Positions 52,822 through 64,000 of a stretch of DNA of 64,000 nt are shown one piece after another. Below the pieces are notes generated by a model. That model did no database searches and was not told where the DNA came from. It worked only from the letters and a program-made list of their open reading frames with translations. Origin of the DNA: Podarcis vaucheri. Lineage: Eukaryota. Each line of letters starts with the position of its first letter. Position 1 is the stretch's first letter. Made by a program: the position numbers and the translations under genes. The DNA is taken from assembly GCA_965113315.1 (NCBI GenBank), contig OZ220366.1; one strand, given 5' to 3'.

Positions 52822-54017
52822 TATTTTAAAGAAGAGGGTCAACACCTCCCAGTTATTTTAGTTTGCAATCTTTGCTACCCTTGTAGTATAACTGGAAGCT
52901 TGGACTGTGGTGATGGCCAGGTGTCCTCACCCCCATCAACTCAGCCACCACACAATGCATACACCTATAACCAATATTCCTCTTTACTTCTGAACTAGCT
53001 TCAGAACAGGATTCACAATGCTAGTTTCTTTTAGAATCTTGTGACTTTGGAATCCACAATTCTTTCTTCTTTCCACATTGTCCTTCCATGACTTAAGGCA
53101 AATTTCTCAGCAAATCTTTTAGAACTTTTTGTCTGACAAGACAATAAGTGCACATAGACAACCTCTCATATGTTGACCTTTATCTATAGAATTCTTTACT
53201 CAAGATTTGTTACATTCTAAACATTTTCTGAATTGAATACACAGCAGATCTGGGGTGTGTGCAGGGGGAAGGAGAAGAAGGGGAAGACCTGTTGCATAAG
53301 TAGAAGTCCAGTCTGTTGTCACACGGACATGTTGGATATAACCCAGGAACTAGGGGCATGATCCCGCATAAACAGAAATTGCATACACTCTTTTCTCGAA
53401 GAATTATCCATTGTGCATGCGAGAGGGAACAGGCAATCTTGCAGTCAACAATACAGCTGAATGATAGCTGGTGTCTTGACTAAAAACACCTAGCCAAAGC
53501 ACATGTAAATACCATTTCCTCTGTATTTATACATATTCCAATTACAGCTTGGATGTGGAACCTATGACTGTCCAGTTGCTGCTGCACTAAATTGCTTCTG
53601 AGTCACAGGTTTCCCACCCCTGAATTAGAGAGTCTTTGAATGAATTAGCAATAGGGGCAACAGAAAGTATAGTTCTGCTTCCTCACCTTTATCAAAACCA
53701 AATAATGTCTTAACATGCAACCAGGAGCTTAAAAAGTTCCCGCACTTTTGAGAGGACAGTGCCAAATAACATACATAAAAAAATATTTTTTCCATAATAA
53801 GCTTTAACCAGGGTGATATTAAGCAGTATAGAAACGGTGCAAATAACAACATTAAGATGTTTAATTGTTCTTGACATTTGACATTTCAATCTGTTTCTAT
53901 TGGTTGTAGGAACATTCAAAGGAATGAAACTCCAATGCTAAGATACCTAGGCATGTTTACAAAGTTAATTTGCAACTACAGAGAAAGCATGTGACTTTAA
54001 TTGTAGTACATAATTAC

Positions 54018-54109
54018 CAGATCAGCATATTTCTTGCAGAGTGCAGCCAACTTTTCTTCTGGAGTAGCAAGAGTATTTAAAGCTTGCATCAATAAGAGTA
54101 CTTCTTTCC
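54018..54109 (-). CDS. TXLNG: TXLNG exon 3
   Basis: 92 nt; (G)KEVLLLMQALNTLATPEEKLAALCKKYADL. Confidence 0.95.
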
Positions 54110-54398
54110 CTACAGACCAAGAAGAAAAGTATTTTAGAAGTATTACCAGAACATGTTGTGCTCTGAGTAACATATGTTGATAGTAGAAAATGGAACATTT
54201 ATAATTATACCTAGAAAATGCAAAGTATTAGGCAATTATCAACAAAAAAAGCAACAAGAAGTTTGGTATAATACAAGGCCAGATTACTGAAAAAGAAGTT
54301 TGATACAGTAGGAATGCTGGACATTTCTTAGGATCTCTACTTCAAAGACAAAGTGATGAAACAGAGCAAGGCATTCTTCAAAGTACCATAAAAAAAAA

Positions 54399-54560
54399 AA
54401 CGTAAGAAGAGCCTTGCTGTATCAGGCAAAAGGCATATCTGGACCAGGATCCTATTCTCACATTACGAACCAGAGGCCTAAGGGAAGCCCGCAAGCAGGA
54501 CTTGACTACAAGGGCGATTTTCCCACTTCCAATTCCCAGCATACTACCTCCAACACTGAA
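54399..54560 (-). mobile_element. CR1 LINE 3'UTR fragment
   Basis: aacgtaagaagagcc...atcagg...cctattctcaca is reverse-similar to the 3' end at 37950-38036. Confidence 0.6.
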
Positions 54561-55191
54561 GGTAGAACATAGCTTTATTCTCCAGTTATCAGAATGTCTC
54601 ATCGTTTTCTAAAATTAGATTTGATAAAGCAAAGGGGGGAAAGCAAAGAACAAGGCAGCAGAAGAACCTTCTGTTGGGTGTCCTAATCCCGTGATCAGAA
54701 CAGTGAGAGGGAGTTAGGTTTGAGTGGAAGTCTCTATCTGCCAGGTTCTGCTCGGGGGGGGGGGGGAGGTACTCCACTAGCACAGAGGCCTCCACTGTGA
54801 CTACCAAACACAGGATGTCGAAAAGCTATTGCTGACACAAACTACCATAGGGTTCCAAAACAGGGGATAGATCAGGGACAGGGGTGTATCCACCTGATCC
54901 TAAGCCAGTCATTTTATTAGAGAAGGGCCTGATCTGAGCATGTCTCCTGCACCAGACTAGAGCTGCCACAACAAAGACTCCCTCTCCCCACATACACATC
55001 TTCTTCAGTCCTAACTGGCAGGGCTATAGCAGAGGATCCACTGGTTCACACCACCTTAGCCCCTCTTTCGATTGCTTTGCTAAGTATGTTATCAAGAAAT
55101 GTAAACAAGTGTTCTATTTTTTCAATGCTGGACAACCTAATTTCAAAAGTCAATGTTCAATTATTTATCCTGGTTCAGCACTGTCGTATAC

Positions 55192-55507
55192 CTAAGGTTT
55201 TCTCTTTGCCCTTCTCACTTTCTGGGTCTTGCTGGCCATCAGGTGGGTCAGTACGAGTCTCTTCTCTTCCAGGGGTCTCCTCTCGCAATTCCTGAGGGCA
55301 GAATGCTGCTCCCAACACATTTCTGTTTCTGGGAATAAAATCCTCTGCCTCCTCCAACGCACCTGCATTTTCCACGCCATCGCAATTTGTATCTGAATGT
55401 TGCAACATTGTATTCAGCGCAGCGCACTTGCTGTTCCTCAGCTGCTGGTCCGGGCTGCTCCTTCCAAATTTACAGTTTTGTGGTTCTTCCTCAGTAAGCA
55501 GCATATG
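55192..55507 (-). CDS. TXLNG: TXLNG exon 2
   Basis: caaAG acceptor and G|GTATAC donor; 316 nt; ends ...EETRTDPPDGQQDPESEKGKEKTL(G), as in recalled gamma-taxilin. Confidence 0.9.
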
Positions 55508-55603
55508 CTTTGAAGGGAGAGAAAAGAGCTCAGGTTACCCAGGCGGAAAAGACCCATTTGTATTTCGTCCCGAGGTTAACACGCATTGACAAAACCCCAT
55601 ATA

Positions 55604-55809
55604 CAGTGGTACCTCGGGTTAAGTACTTAATTCGTTCTGGAGGTCCGTTCTTAACCTGAAGCACCACTTTAGCTAATGGGGCCTCCTGCTGCTGTGCCGC
55701 CGCCACTCGATTTCTGTTCTCATCCTGAAGCAAAGTTCTTAACCTGAGGTACTATTTCTGGGTTAGTGGAGTCTGTAACCTGAAGCGTCTGTAACCCGAG
55801 GTATCCCTG
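55604..55809. mobile_element. Tigger-like MITE (family A)
   Basis: TA TSD, CAGTGGTACCTC TIR, shared body (cttaattcgttc...gaagcaccactttagctaatggggcctcc). Confidence 0.88.
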
Positions 55810-55889
55810 TACTGTATTACGTGTTATTTGTTTTTTTTACGAATGACATAGCAGCAGGCTAGGGATGCCAGAGCAAACCCTTCTAGTTA

Positions 55890-56400
55890 ACCGCGCCTCG
55901 GTACAATCCCTCGCGGTACAGTCCACTTCTCCTGAAAACAGCTGAGGGTCGTGCGGGGCAGAAAGAGCGCGGCGGGAGATGCTACCCGCCACCGGAGAAG
56001 GTCCCTGACAAGCGAGGACCGGGAAGGGACGGCCCCGAGAGACGGGGGACGACGACCGGCGCCTTTTGTCCCGATGCGCGGCTGTTGCTCAGCTGAGCAC
56101 GCGAGGAGAGCGCGGCGGGAAGCGGTTTACCTGCTCCGCCATCTGCCTCGTCCACCACCACCGAGGACCCGAGGAACCTGCGAAGCCGGAAGCTGGCGCA
56201 GGGGCTAGAAGGGCGCCAAGGGGAGGAGGAGGGATTTCCGCTCCCTGCTGCTTAAATACCCGGCTATTGCCGGCGCTCGCGCCGCCGTGGGCGGGGCTTG
56301 GGCACGCACGCGGGAGAAAGGACGTCAAAGAGGCATCTGCGGCGCCGGCTGCCGGCGAGGAAAGCGCAGGCCAAGCGGGGGCTGCTTTGGGGACAATGGA
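55890..56400 (-). promoter_or_regulatory. Second CpG island in TXLNG intron 1; candidate alternative promoter and first exon
   Basis: CpG-rich; on the minus strand a GC box (about 56289-56297), TATTTAA (56252-56258), then ATG GCG GAG CAG|GTAAAC (56142-56131). Confidence 0.6.
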
Positions 56401-59199
56401 GTTCCATCCTCAAATGGGAGGGCAGCCCAGGGTTGGTTTTTTTAAATGTGCACACACCCGCTCTCTCAGTGCCATGGGGAATTTAGAAACAAAAATTAGT
56501 TACACGTTTATTTGAAGTTTATTTAAAAGGAAGCCTGATGCCGGGTTTATTTTTTGGAAAGAGGCTTTCTTAATAGCTATCGGAATGTCCCGCAGGGGAA
56601 ATGAATGTAACAATTGTTCAAACCCGATGGCTCAATTACTCTGCAGTTTAAAAACCTTATAACAAATCAGCAATATGCAGTTTCATAATTGAAAGATTCC
56701 ATTCCATTCCACTCGATGGTATGAATTGCTTTGCGGGTAAGGAGAGAGATGCATGGGTTAGCTGGGCTCTAGCTTTAGGAAACAAGCTACGGATTAGGTT
56801 GGGAAAGTTTATGGAATATTGGCCACAATTTTTATTGAAATAGGGTCATGAAGGGAAATTAAAGTAATGAAAATATATGATGCTCTATTTATTAGAAAAG
56901 AAAAAGCTATTAATTTAACCTATTGGAATTTTTGGTAAAGACTGGCAAAAAAAAAGAATGAAAAAGAATGAAAATAGCATGGGGGGAATGGGATATGATG
57001 TTATTTAGAACCTCTCTTTTCCTGACAAACTGTTGCTGCACAGGAAAAAAAAGGACAAGGAATCAACATTTTGTGACAGCAGCAAGATTTCTATATGCAA
57101 AATATTGGAGACTTCTGAGCATATCATCTTAAACAGAAAAGGTCATGTGGGAATTTTCATCCATAGTTCAAAGACCTAATTAAGGGTCAAAGAAACAATG
57201 GAGTAAGCTTGCTAAAATGTGGTCATTCTTTAATTTTTGTACAGTAAAATCAATCTACAGTAAATGCACAATTATTGTTTCAATGTTAGATTTATCTTGT
57301 TTTACCTAACAATTCAGTTTGCATCAGAAAAAATTATGATGTCCTAGAGAGCGATCTAATTTGCCTTGTTAATTTTACTTGTATTTAATAAGCAAAAGTT
57401 TTTAAAAACTATAATATATTATTAAATATATTTGCAACTGAGAACTCAGAGCTAGTTGGTAGTTATGTCTATTTTAGATTAGAAGCAAAAGCAAAAATTT
57501 ATACCATACTGGAGTTCATGGCTGTGCTAAGATACAGACTTTGACTATGCTAAATAATACTGGCTCTACAGGCTAGGGGCCTGTGGAAAGAGTAACAGTT
57601 GCTTTTCAAAGCATGTTTTAAATACTCCCCTACCCAGCAACTGAGCAAACAGTATACAAACAACCTCTGATTTGTGCACGGCTTGTGTTCTACATCATCA
57701 TGCATGTCAGTAGATCGCGCAGAAGCCTGACCTGCTATCTTCTGGGTTTGAAAACAGCACACTTGCTTTGAGCACACACAAAATTGTCATCTCCTGTACT
57801 TCTAAACTACTGTGACATTTACACGTATTTTTAAAGCAATTATATTAAACTACAGCTCTTCACGCAAAAGCATGGTCTCTCAAATTATTTATGATCTGAA
57901 ATAATCTTAGATGTTACCAAGATATTCATGTCCTTCCTGACCTTTTGAGACCTTGGATGTCTCTTTCTATGTGCCGCTACATTCTGAACTAAGGTGGGTG
58001 GCTACAAGAGACAGAGCCTTTCTTTTGAACTTTTCCAACCTTCCTTGAGTTTTAAGAACCAGTTAAAATTTTGCTTTTAACCATTTGGTGAGATTTGAAA
58101 TGGCTGTTGTTACTAAAGCTCACTGTCTAGTCGGATTTAATATTAATAAATTATTCTTCTGTAGCACAATCTACTTAAAAGTCCTACTGAATTCAATGTG
58201 GTTAACTCCCCTCTAACTAGGGTGAGGACTGCAGTCTTGCTTTATTATCCGGTTGTTGCTTTTATTATATGTTGTAAACTCCCTGTTCTGTATGCAGGAT
58301 TAATTCATTTTACATAAGCAGAATACTGGGAGATGTAAAAGGTGTCTTCCTGTTTCCCATATTTTGCACACTTCACATCTCAGATATGTAGCAAAATATA
58401 GCCAAACACCATTTTTCACATGTTACATTTTACTAGTATTTACCACCCCACATAAGCAAAATTTTCTTCCAATAGTACATAATAGATATCCAAGCAAGTA
58501 CTCAAGTCTTTTTTGTTCACTGTAGCAAGTGTCCCGCTGTCCTTGGACAAACTTGATTAGCAACCAGTCTTCTAACTCTAAGATTTGCTTTGGCAAGCAG
58601 GGTCATGTCATCAAGCCATCTGCTCTTTTAGGCTCTGGATCAGGAAAGGCCAGAGGAAAGGCTTCTGGCTGCTGCACAGAGGACTCCTGAGTGACAGTGT
58701 CCAAGCCAGCATATTTCCACTTGCCTTTCATGAAGGACATGTTGTATGGATGGCTTTCTTGCCCACTGCTTGGTGAGGTGCTCAAACCAACACACACATC
58801 CCAGCCTGTTTTTCCAACGGGAAAAAATTCACAGGGGCTTTTAGTGTTGCTTTTGGACAAAGCTGTTTCAATGCCTTTGTCCACCCTTCTTACCTTTCTA
58901 TACTGACCTAGGGCCTTCGCAGTTGCTGCTGGGCACCAGCGTGTGAGAGAGAAGCAAAAACAACGATCTGCATTTTTGGTTTGGCTAAAAGAGGCAGACA
59001 GGCAACCAGTGCGTGCCCACACATAAACTCGCAAGCCTTCCTTCTGAACAGGTGTTTGTTAGCAACGCCTGGGAGATCCGTATGGCAAACCCATATCGAT
59101 ATGATTTTGTTGTATCTGACTCCCATCCCTCGCCAGGAAGGAGGGCTGGAAAATATTAATATCACCTTGCGCACAAAATCCTATTAAGAGACATCTCTT

Positions 59200-60100
59200 C
59201 CTGCTGCTGCAGTCGTTACGACTTTGTGCGGCTACGCGAGAACGGCCTGCCGGCCCTTTGGCGGGGAAGCCATAACGCCCCGGGAGAAAGAGAAACGCAA
59301 GAACTGGATTAGCTGAACTGCCGTTTACCAAGCGGCCGCCACGGGCAGCCCAGCTTCGGTTCCTGTGCCCCGAAACGTACTTGAAGCCCTCACCTCCCCA
59401 AGGGCCTCTGCCCTGAGTCGCCCCACACCCAAGAAGAGCAGGCGCGCGCGACGCTCCTGGGGGCACCGTGCCCCGTTTCCTCAGGGAGCCCTTCGAGAAG
59501 CCCCTTGCCGTTTCCACTGCGCCACGGGGCAGCGGCCGCGTGGAGAGCAGGCGCCCCTCGCCCGCGCAACGGAGAACGGTAAGGGCGGGCTCTTACCTCA
59601 GAGCCGCCTCCTGACGCCCGCGCCGCCTCCTGCCCCTCTCGCTGATCCTGCGGCTGTGCAGGGCTCGGTCCGGTCCCCACAGCGCGGCTGCCGTCGACAC
59701 ACGCTAGCTCAGCTCTGCGCGCCGCCATAGTGTGACGGTAATACCCAAACAAGCCGGCCTACGCCGGAAGCGCCTCCCCTCAGCCAATCACCGGCCACCC
59801 TTTCCCGTCATGTGACTCAGAAGAAACGCCCACCGCTTGGGCCCGGGTGAAGAGGCTAGTGAGGGAGCGAGCCTAGGACTCGCTGGAGAGGCGGCCGTGA
59901 GAGCAGCTTCGGACTACAACTCCCAGCATGCCCTCTCGCTTTCCCTCCCGCCCGCATTGCTTCGCGGGAGTTGTAGTCCAAGGGGAGCTTCCTTCTCTCG
60001 CCGGTAGCGGCCGGGTGCGCACATGTCCGCTGCGGGATGCCTTCCGCTCTTGAGGCGCTTTCTCAGCAAAGCGCCCCACTCCAGGCTGGGGTGAGTCCAC
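59200..60100 (-). promoter_or_regulatory. TXLNG CpG-island promoter with ZNF143/SBS, ETS, CCAAT, E-box and YY1-like motifs
   Basis: GGACTACAACTCCCAGCATGC at 59911-59931 and an inverted copy at about 59959-59979; CCGGAAG about 59764; CCAAT about 59784; GTCATGTGAC about 59807; GCCGCCAT at the start codon. Confidence 0.8.
59597..59728 (-). CDS. TXLNG: TXLNG exon 1 coding part
   Basis: actATGG start in a CpG island; MAARRAELACVDGSRAVG...ASGGGSE then GAG|GTAAGA; 132 nt, phase 0, in frame with exon 2; full CDS 1617 nt. Confidence 0.8.
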
Positions 60101-60556
60101 TTCATTTTCAGGAGTTGTTTTGTAATCCTGGACAGGCATTCCGACGTTTCCTGAAGCTGCTAAGCGTGGAATGCTGGCGGGTGAAACCCTGGTTATCAAG
60201 GGGTGGGGCAATTCAGTGTCAACACAGTACCGCGAAACAGCCTGATTAGCCCTGCTTTATCCAGGAAGAAATGTACTTCGCATTAAAGGAGTAGCATCTG
60301 CAAAGAGGAGGCCTGTAGACTTATTTTTAAGATCACGGTTTCACTTCCACACTTTTAGAACAGTATGCAACTAAGTTAGAATAGATCCCGGAAATTAATG
60401 GACTCAAGGGAGTCATGTCCTTTATTTTCAGTGGATCTACTCCAGGTAAGAGTAACTTTGGATACAACCCTAGTGCCCATCTAATTTAAGCACAGTGTAG
60501 TAAGTGAACACTAACTTCAGTCCAGGATACTGTTTATACATCTAAAATAAACAAGG

Positions 60557-60562
60557 TTTATT
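60557..60562 (-). terminator. Candidate SYAP1 polyadenylation signal
   Basis: AATAAA on the minus strand with downstream U-rich sequence; another at 61148-61153. Confidence 0.4.
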
Positions 60563-62262
60563 GAAACCAGGCATACAGGGACGTCAAATCCTTGTATGTA
60601 TTCCTGTGTGTAAATCACACCCCTAGTAGTTGGTAAGGGCGAAGAATAATACAGCCTATAAGACATCCTACAAGACAAGTTAAGACTCAGCTTGGCTATA
60701 CCTGCTAAAGGAAAAGCCCCCACCCCCATCCCAAGCCTAGTTTTGCAACCAGTGTGCCCTTTAAAGGAAAAACGTAATTAATCCAATCTGGCAGTGTGTA
60801 ACAAAAAACTCAATCTGCATAGAAACATCTCTTAATAAATATTTTAGGACTTTTAACATTTGTTACATTTTCAAAAAAAATAGGATGTCTATTTTTAAAA
60901 TTGACAACACCGATTACCACTTCAGATAAATTCTCTTCTAATGCACAGTATCTACTTCATTTTATATAATGTTTCCATTTTGTATTAGCCTTCTAGTATA
61001 GTAGTAGTGTATTAAACTATATACATTAGCATAATGATCCTCAGAAGTGCAGACTTCACACAAAGCCAAATAACTTGCTCATGTATTACAGAGAACCAAG
61101 CTATTTCCTGTAGGAAAACAACAGCTTATTTATGATTCTGTGAAATCTTTATTTGGGAATTAGTAAGAAAAGATGTCTCGTGAATCCTTTACATCTGGAC
61201 ATCAAGCGAAGTTAACATTATGCTTTAGCAACCATCATTTCAGTTACTAGTAACCAGTTTATTCTCCAGCAGTTTGCTCAAAAAATCAAGTTCCTAGTAC
61301 TTTACATTTTAAACAAAGGCAATAGAAGTCAATTACTGACCCAAAGTTAGATGTGTAGTCTCCTGCAACACTGCTAAATATAACATATTACCTTCCATTC
61401 AGTTCTGACCCCTTTATCCAGCTGTAGTGTTGTCTTGTCGGTCTAGGATGGCAGTCATATTTTGACTTCTGATTATTCACACTACAGTGTTCCTCCCACA
61501 CCTTAATAAACATTTAACACTTATGAGTATAGCACTACTACTCAACCACACCCACAGGCCAAGCCTGAATTTCTTGCTACACTTTGGTTCTACTTTTTAA
61601 CCTATGCTTCACTCTAAAGTACATTATACATTTTAGCAATTAAATGAAGAGATACTTTTATCTTAAACAGAAGAACTGAACCGTTTTTCTTCTTAAACGC
61701 TCTATTATTCTTGGAGTGAAAAAATCCCAATAAAGTAAGTGAACCCTGAGCAGGTTTATGTGCCATTTATGTATATCTTGAGCGGTCATTGTTTTCTGTC
61801 TAGTGACTAAAGTGAGGATAATTGAATCACTGGTTTTTTGATTAGCCACACCATACCATCACTCTAAACCTTCACCGCTTTTGATGTCCAGGTGCCGAGG
61901 TTCTGCTAAGATAAAAAAAGCTATAGACAAAGCCTGATAACACTTTCTAAGAGAATGTATGGTATTAAGGGACTAATACCTAGATGTATTATGAACTTAT
62001 ATTTATAAATGAGCCAAAGGGATCAAAATATTAACATGACTTCCTATTACTTGTAGGAATATGGTTAGAAGTTTTCAATTTTTACACCAGTACAGAAAGC
62101 AGCTCACAAATTATTTTTAAAATTCACTTCCGATTATCCAGTTAACATTTTCCAGCAACTTTTGTTGTTTCATTAACTTTTAAAACTTGCCTCACATGCC
62201 ACTGGATGATTAACAGTACTTTCAAAGAACTGTTTTTACACCCGATTACATATCACCTGGAG

Positions 62263-62302
<40 letters not shown>

Positions 62303-62304
62303 TC
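62263..62304. repeat. (CTTT)n microsatellite in the SYAP1 3'UTR
   Basis: Read directly from the sequence. Confidence 0.95.
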
Positions 62305-62395
62305 ACAAAGAGCAATTTCATGCCTTAGAAAAGTCTCTGAAGCAAGTATAAAAACGGGTTCACATCAGTTTCCAAAAAACTTCTATGCAAAGTGG

Positions 62396-62523
62396 TTAAT
62401 TTTCTCCTTGTAGCATTTCCTCTATTTCTTTGTCCCAGTTATCATCTCGTTTTTCTGACTCTGCAACTACTTCATATTCTTGAAGTTCTTGTTGTAGTTC
62501 CTTTTCCCAGTCTGCAGTTTCTT
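62396..62523 (-). CDS. SYAP1: SYAP1 last coding exon
   Basis: tttAG acceptor; (E)[44 protein letters not shown] matches the recalled SYAP1 C-terminus. Confidence 0.92.
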
Positions 62524-63031
62524 CTAAAAACAAAACATATACAGGTCACAGGGCTGAATAAATGTTGCACTAATTTAGTACTAATTTTGCTAATAATTTT
62601 GCTAATAATAAAAATGTTGTGTACCAGTTCAAACTGCAAGTAAGGGGAAATCACAGTTGCTTAAATACTTCTCTACTTTGTTAAATTATCACTCTGTTCT
62701 CTTTGGCATTCACATTTCCAAGCTTTCTTAAGCATGTAGAAAACAAACCTGTACATCAATAAATTACTGCTATATTTTTGACTAAAATATCTTCCAAATG
62801 CTATGCATTTGGGAATTGCCGGTGTCCAAGATTATCTAATCACATGCAAGGCATGTCAATTGAAAGAATACTCTAGAAGGGCCAGAGCTGAGCAAATACA
62901 GAAATAAAACCCTTACTTGGATGTAAGTTGTATGAAAAAGCTGTTCCCAAATTAGTGACATCTAGATTTCCTTTTCAGCACTGTTCTCTTCCTTGGGATA
63001 TGCACTTCCTATAAACCTAGACATCCAAGTA

Positions 63032-63256
63032 CAGTGGTACCTCAGGTTAAGTACTTAATTCGTTCCAGAGGTCTGTTCTTAACCTGAAGCACCACTTTAG
63101 CTAATGGGGCCTCCTGCTGCCACCGCGCTGCTGGTGCACGATTTCTGTTCTCATGCTGAAGAAAAGTTCTTAACCTGAAGCACTATTTCTGGGTTAGCGG
63201 AGTCTGTAACCTGAAGCGTATGTAACCTGTAGCGTATGTAACCTGAGGTACCACTG
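63032..63256. mobile_element. Tigger-like MITE (family A) in the last SYAP1 intron
   Basis: TA TSD, TIR CAGTGGTACCTCAGGTTA, shared body. Confidence 0.88.
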
Positions 63257-63648
63257 TACTCTAATTCTGCAAAACCAGTTTCCTGCACATTCTGCTTCAG
63301 CCACAATCCAGGAAATAAAGGATACTGCTATTAACAATTATGGTAAGATACTTCAAGATTTCAGAATGCAGGGAAGATGAGCAGTGTTAAGAACAGGACA
63401 CATTTCTCGCTTTGCTTATTATAAACCAACCTGTGAGCTTTGGATAAAGGGTGGTATAGAAACTTACTAAATAAATAAATAAATCAAATAAGCAAATAAA
63501 GGCATAAATCTTACTATTTCAGATAGCCTAGCCTCATTGCGTAAGGGGATATTTCTAAAGCTATTTTTGATTCAAATATGGAATATATTTACAAATTTTA
63601 TATACCCATAATGAGAGGGAGCAGAATTTGCAAAAAGTTTTTTTTTAC

Positions 63649-63793
63649 CTTCTACTATAGTTGTTTCCTTGCTCTTGTCAAGTACAAGTTGTTCAATCTC
63701 TTTCCTCAAATCTTCCCGATTCAAGCTGCATGCATCAAAAGCGTCACTCACAAATTCTGATACACCTGGGCTAGTTGAAATTTCTTCTTCCTC
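63649..63793 (-). CDS. SYAP1: SYAP1 penultimate exon (exon may instead start at 63799)
   Basis: [48 protein letters not shown] then AAG|GTAAAA, phase 1, fits the last exon. Confidence 0.88.
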
Positions 63794-64000
63794 CTTAAAC
63801 TGGAGATGAGAAAGGAAGGAAATCCTTATTTACAGGAGATGGTGAAGGAATTTTAAAGTGTATATATATACTAATATCGTGGGCATTTCTCCTTAATGTT
63901 ATGCACCGTTTCCCTATAGTGAAAGGGAAAACAATGAGGTCACATGCACAGAATCTCTACACAGAACAAAGGCCTAATAGGAATTTGTAAAACAGCTTAT

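Noticed and set aside
59059-60249. Divergent or overlapping ORFs at the TXLNG promoter suggesting a bidirectional coding partner
   Set aside because: No recognisable protein or exon chain on the + strand; the upstream neighbour is the SYAP1 3' end.

Overview
Vertebrate genomic DNA, most likely a lacertid lizard (inferred from Sauria-SINE, Squam-type SINEs, BovB/RTE and CAGTGGTACCTC-ended DNA elements). Three spliced protein-coding genes lie on the minus strand, in transcription order: the last two exons of SYAP1 (63.8-62.4 kb), the complete 10-exon TXLNG (59.7-42.4 kb, about 538 aa), and exons 1-8 of REPS2 (32.3-0.9 kb, running off the left edge). Exons were placed by hand from GT-AG sites, phase continuity and recalled human protein sequences. 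Most ORFs in the supplied track are spurious. Main points for follow-up: no RBBP7 is detectable between TXLNG and REPS2, where it lies in human; a perfect 37-nt U2 snRNA retrocopy with 19-bp target-site duplications sits inside nested DNA transposons; a 1.15-kb TSD-bounded non-autonomous L1-like element starts with CTCF and YY1 motifs; both TXLNG and REPS2 have candidate 4-codon alternative first exons; and an inverted ZNF143 motif pair in the TXLNG promoter mirrors a local MITE core. I found no prokaryote-type system such as CRISPR or operons.
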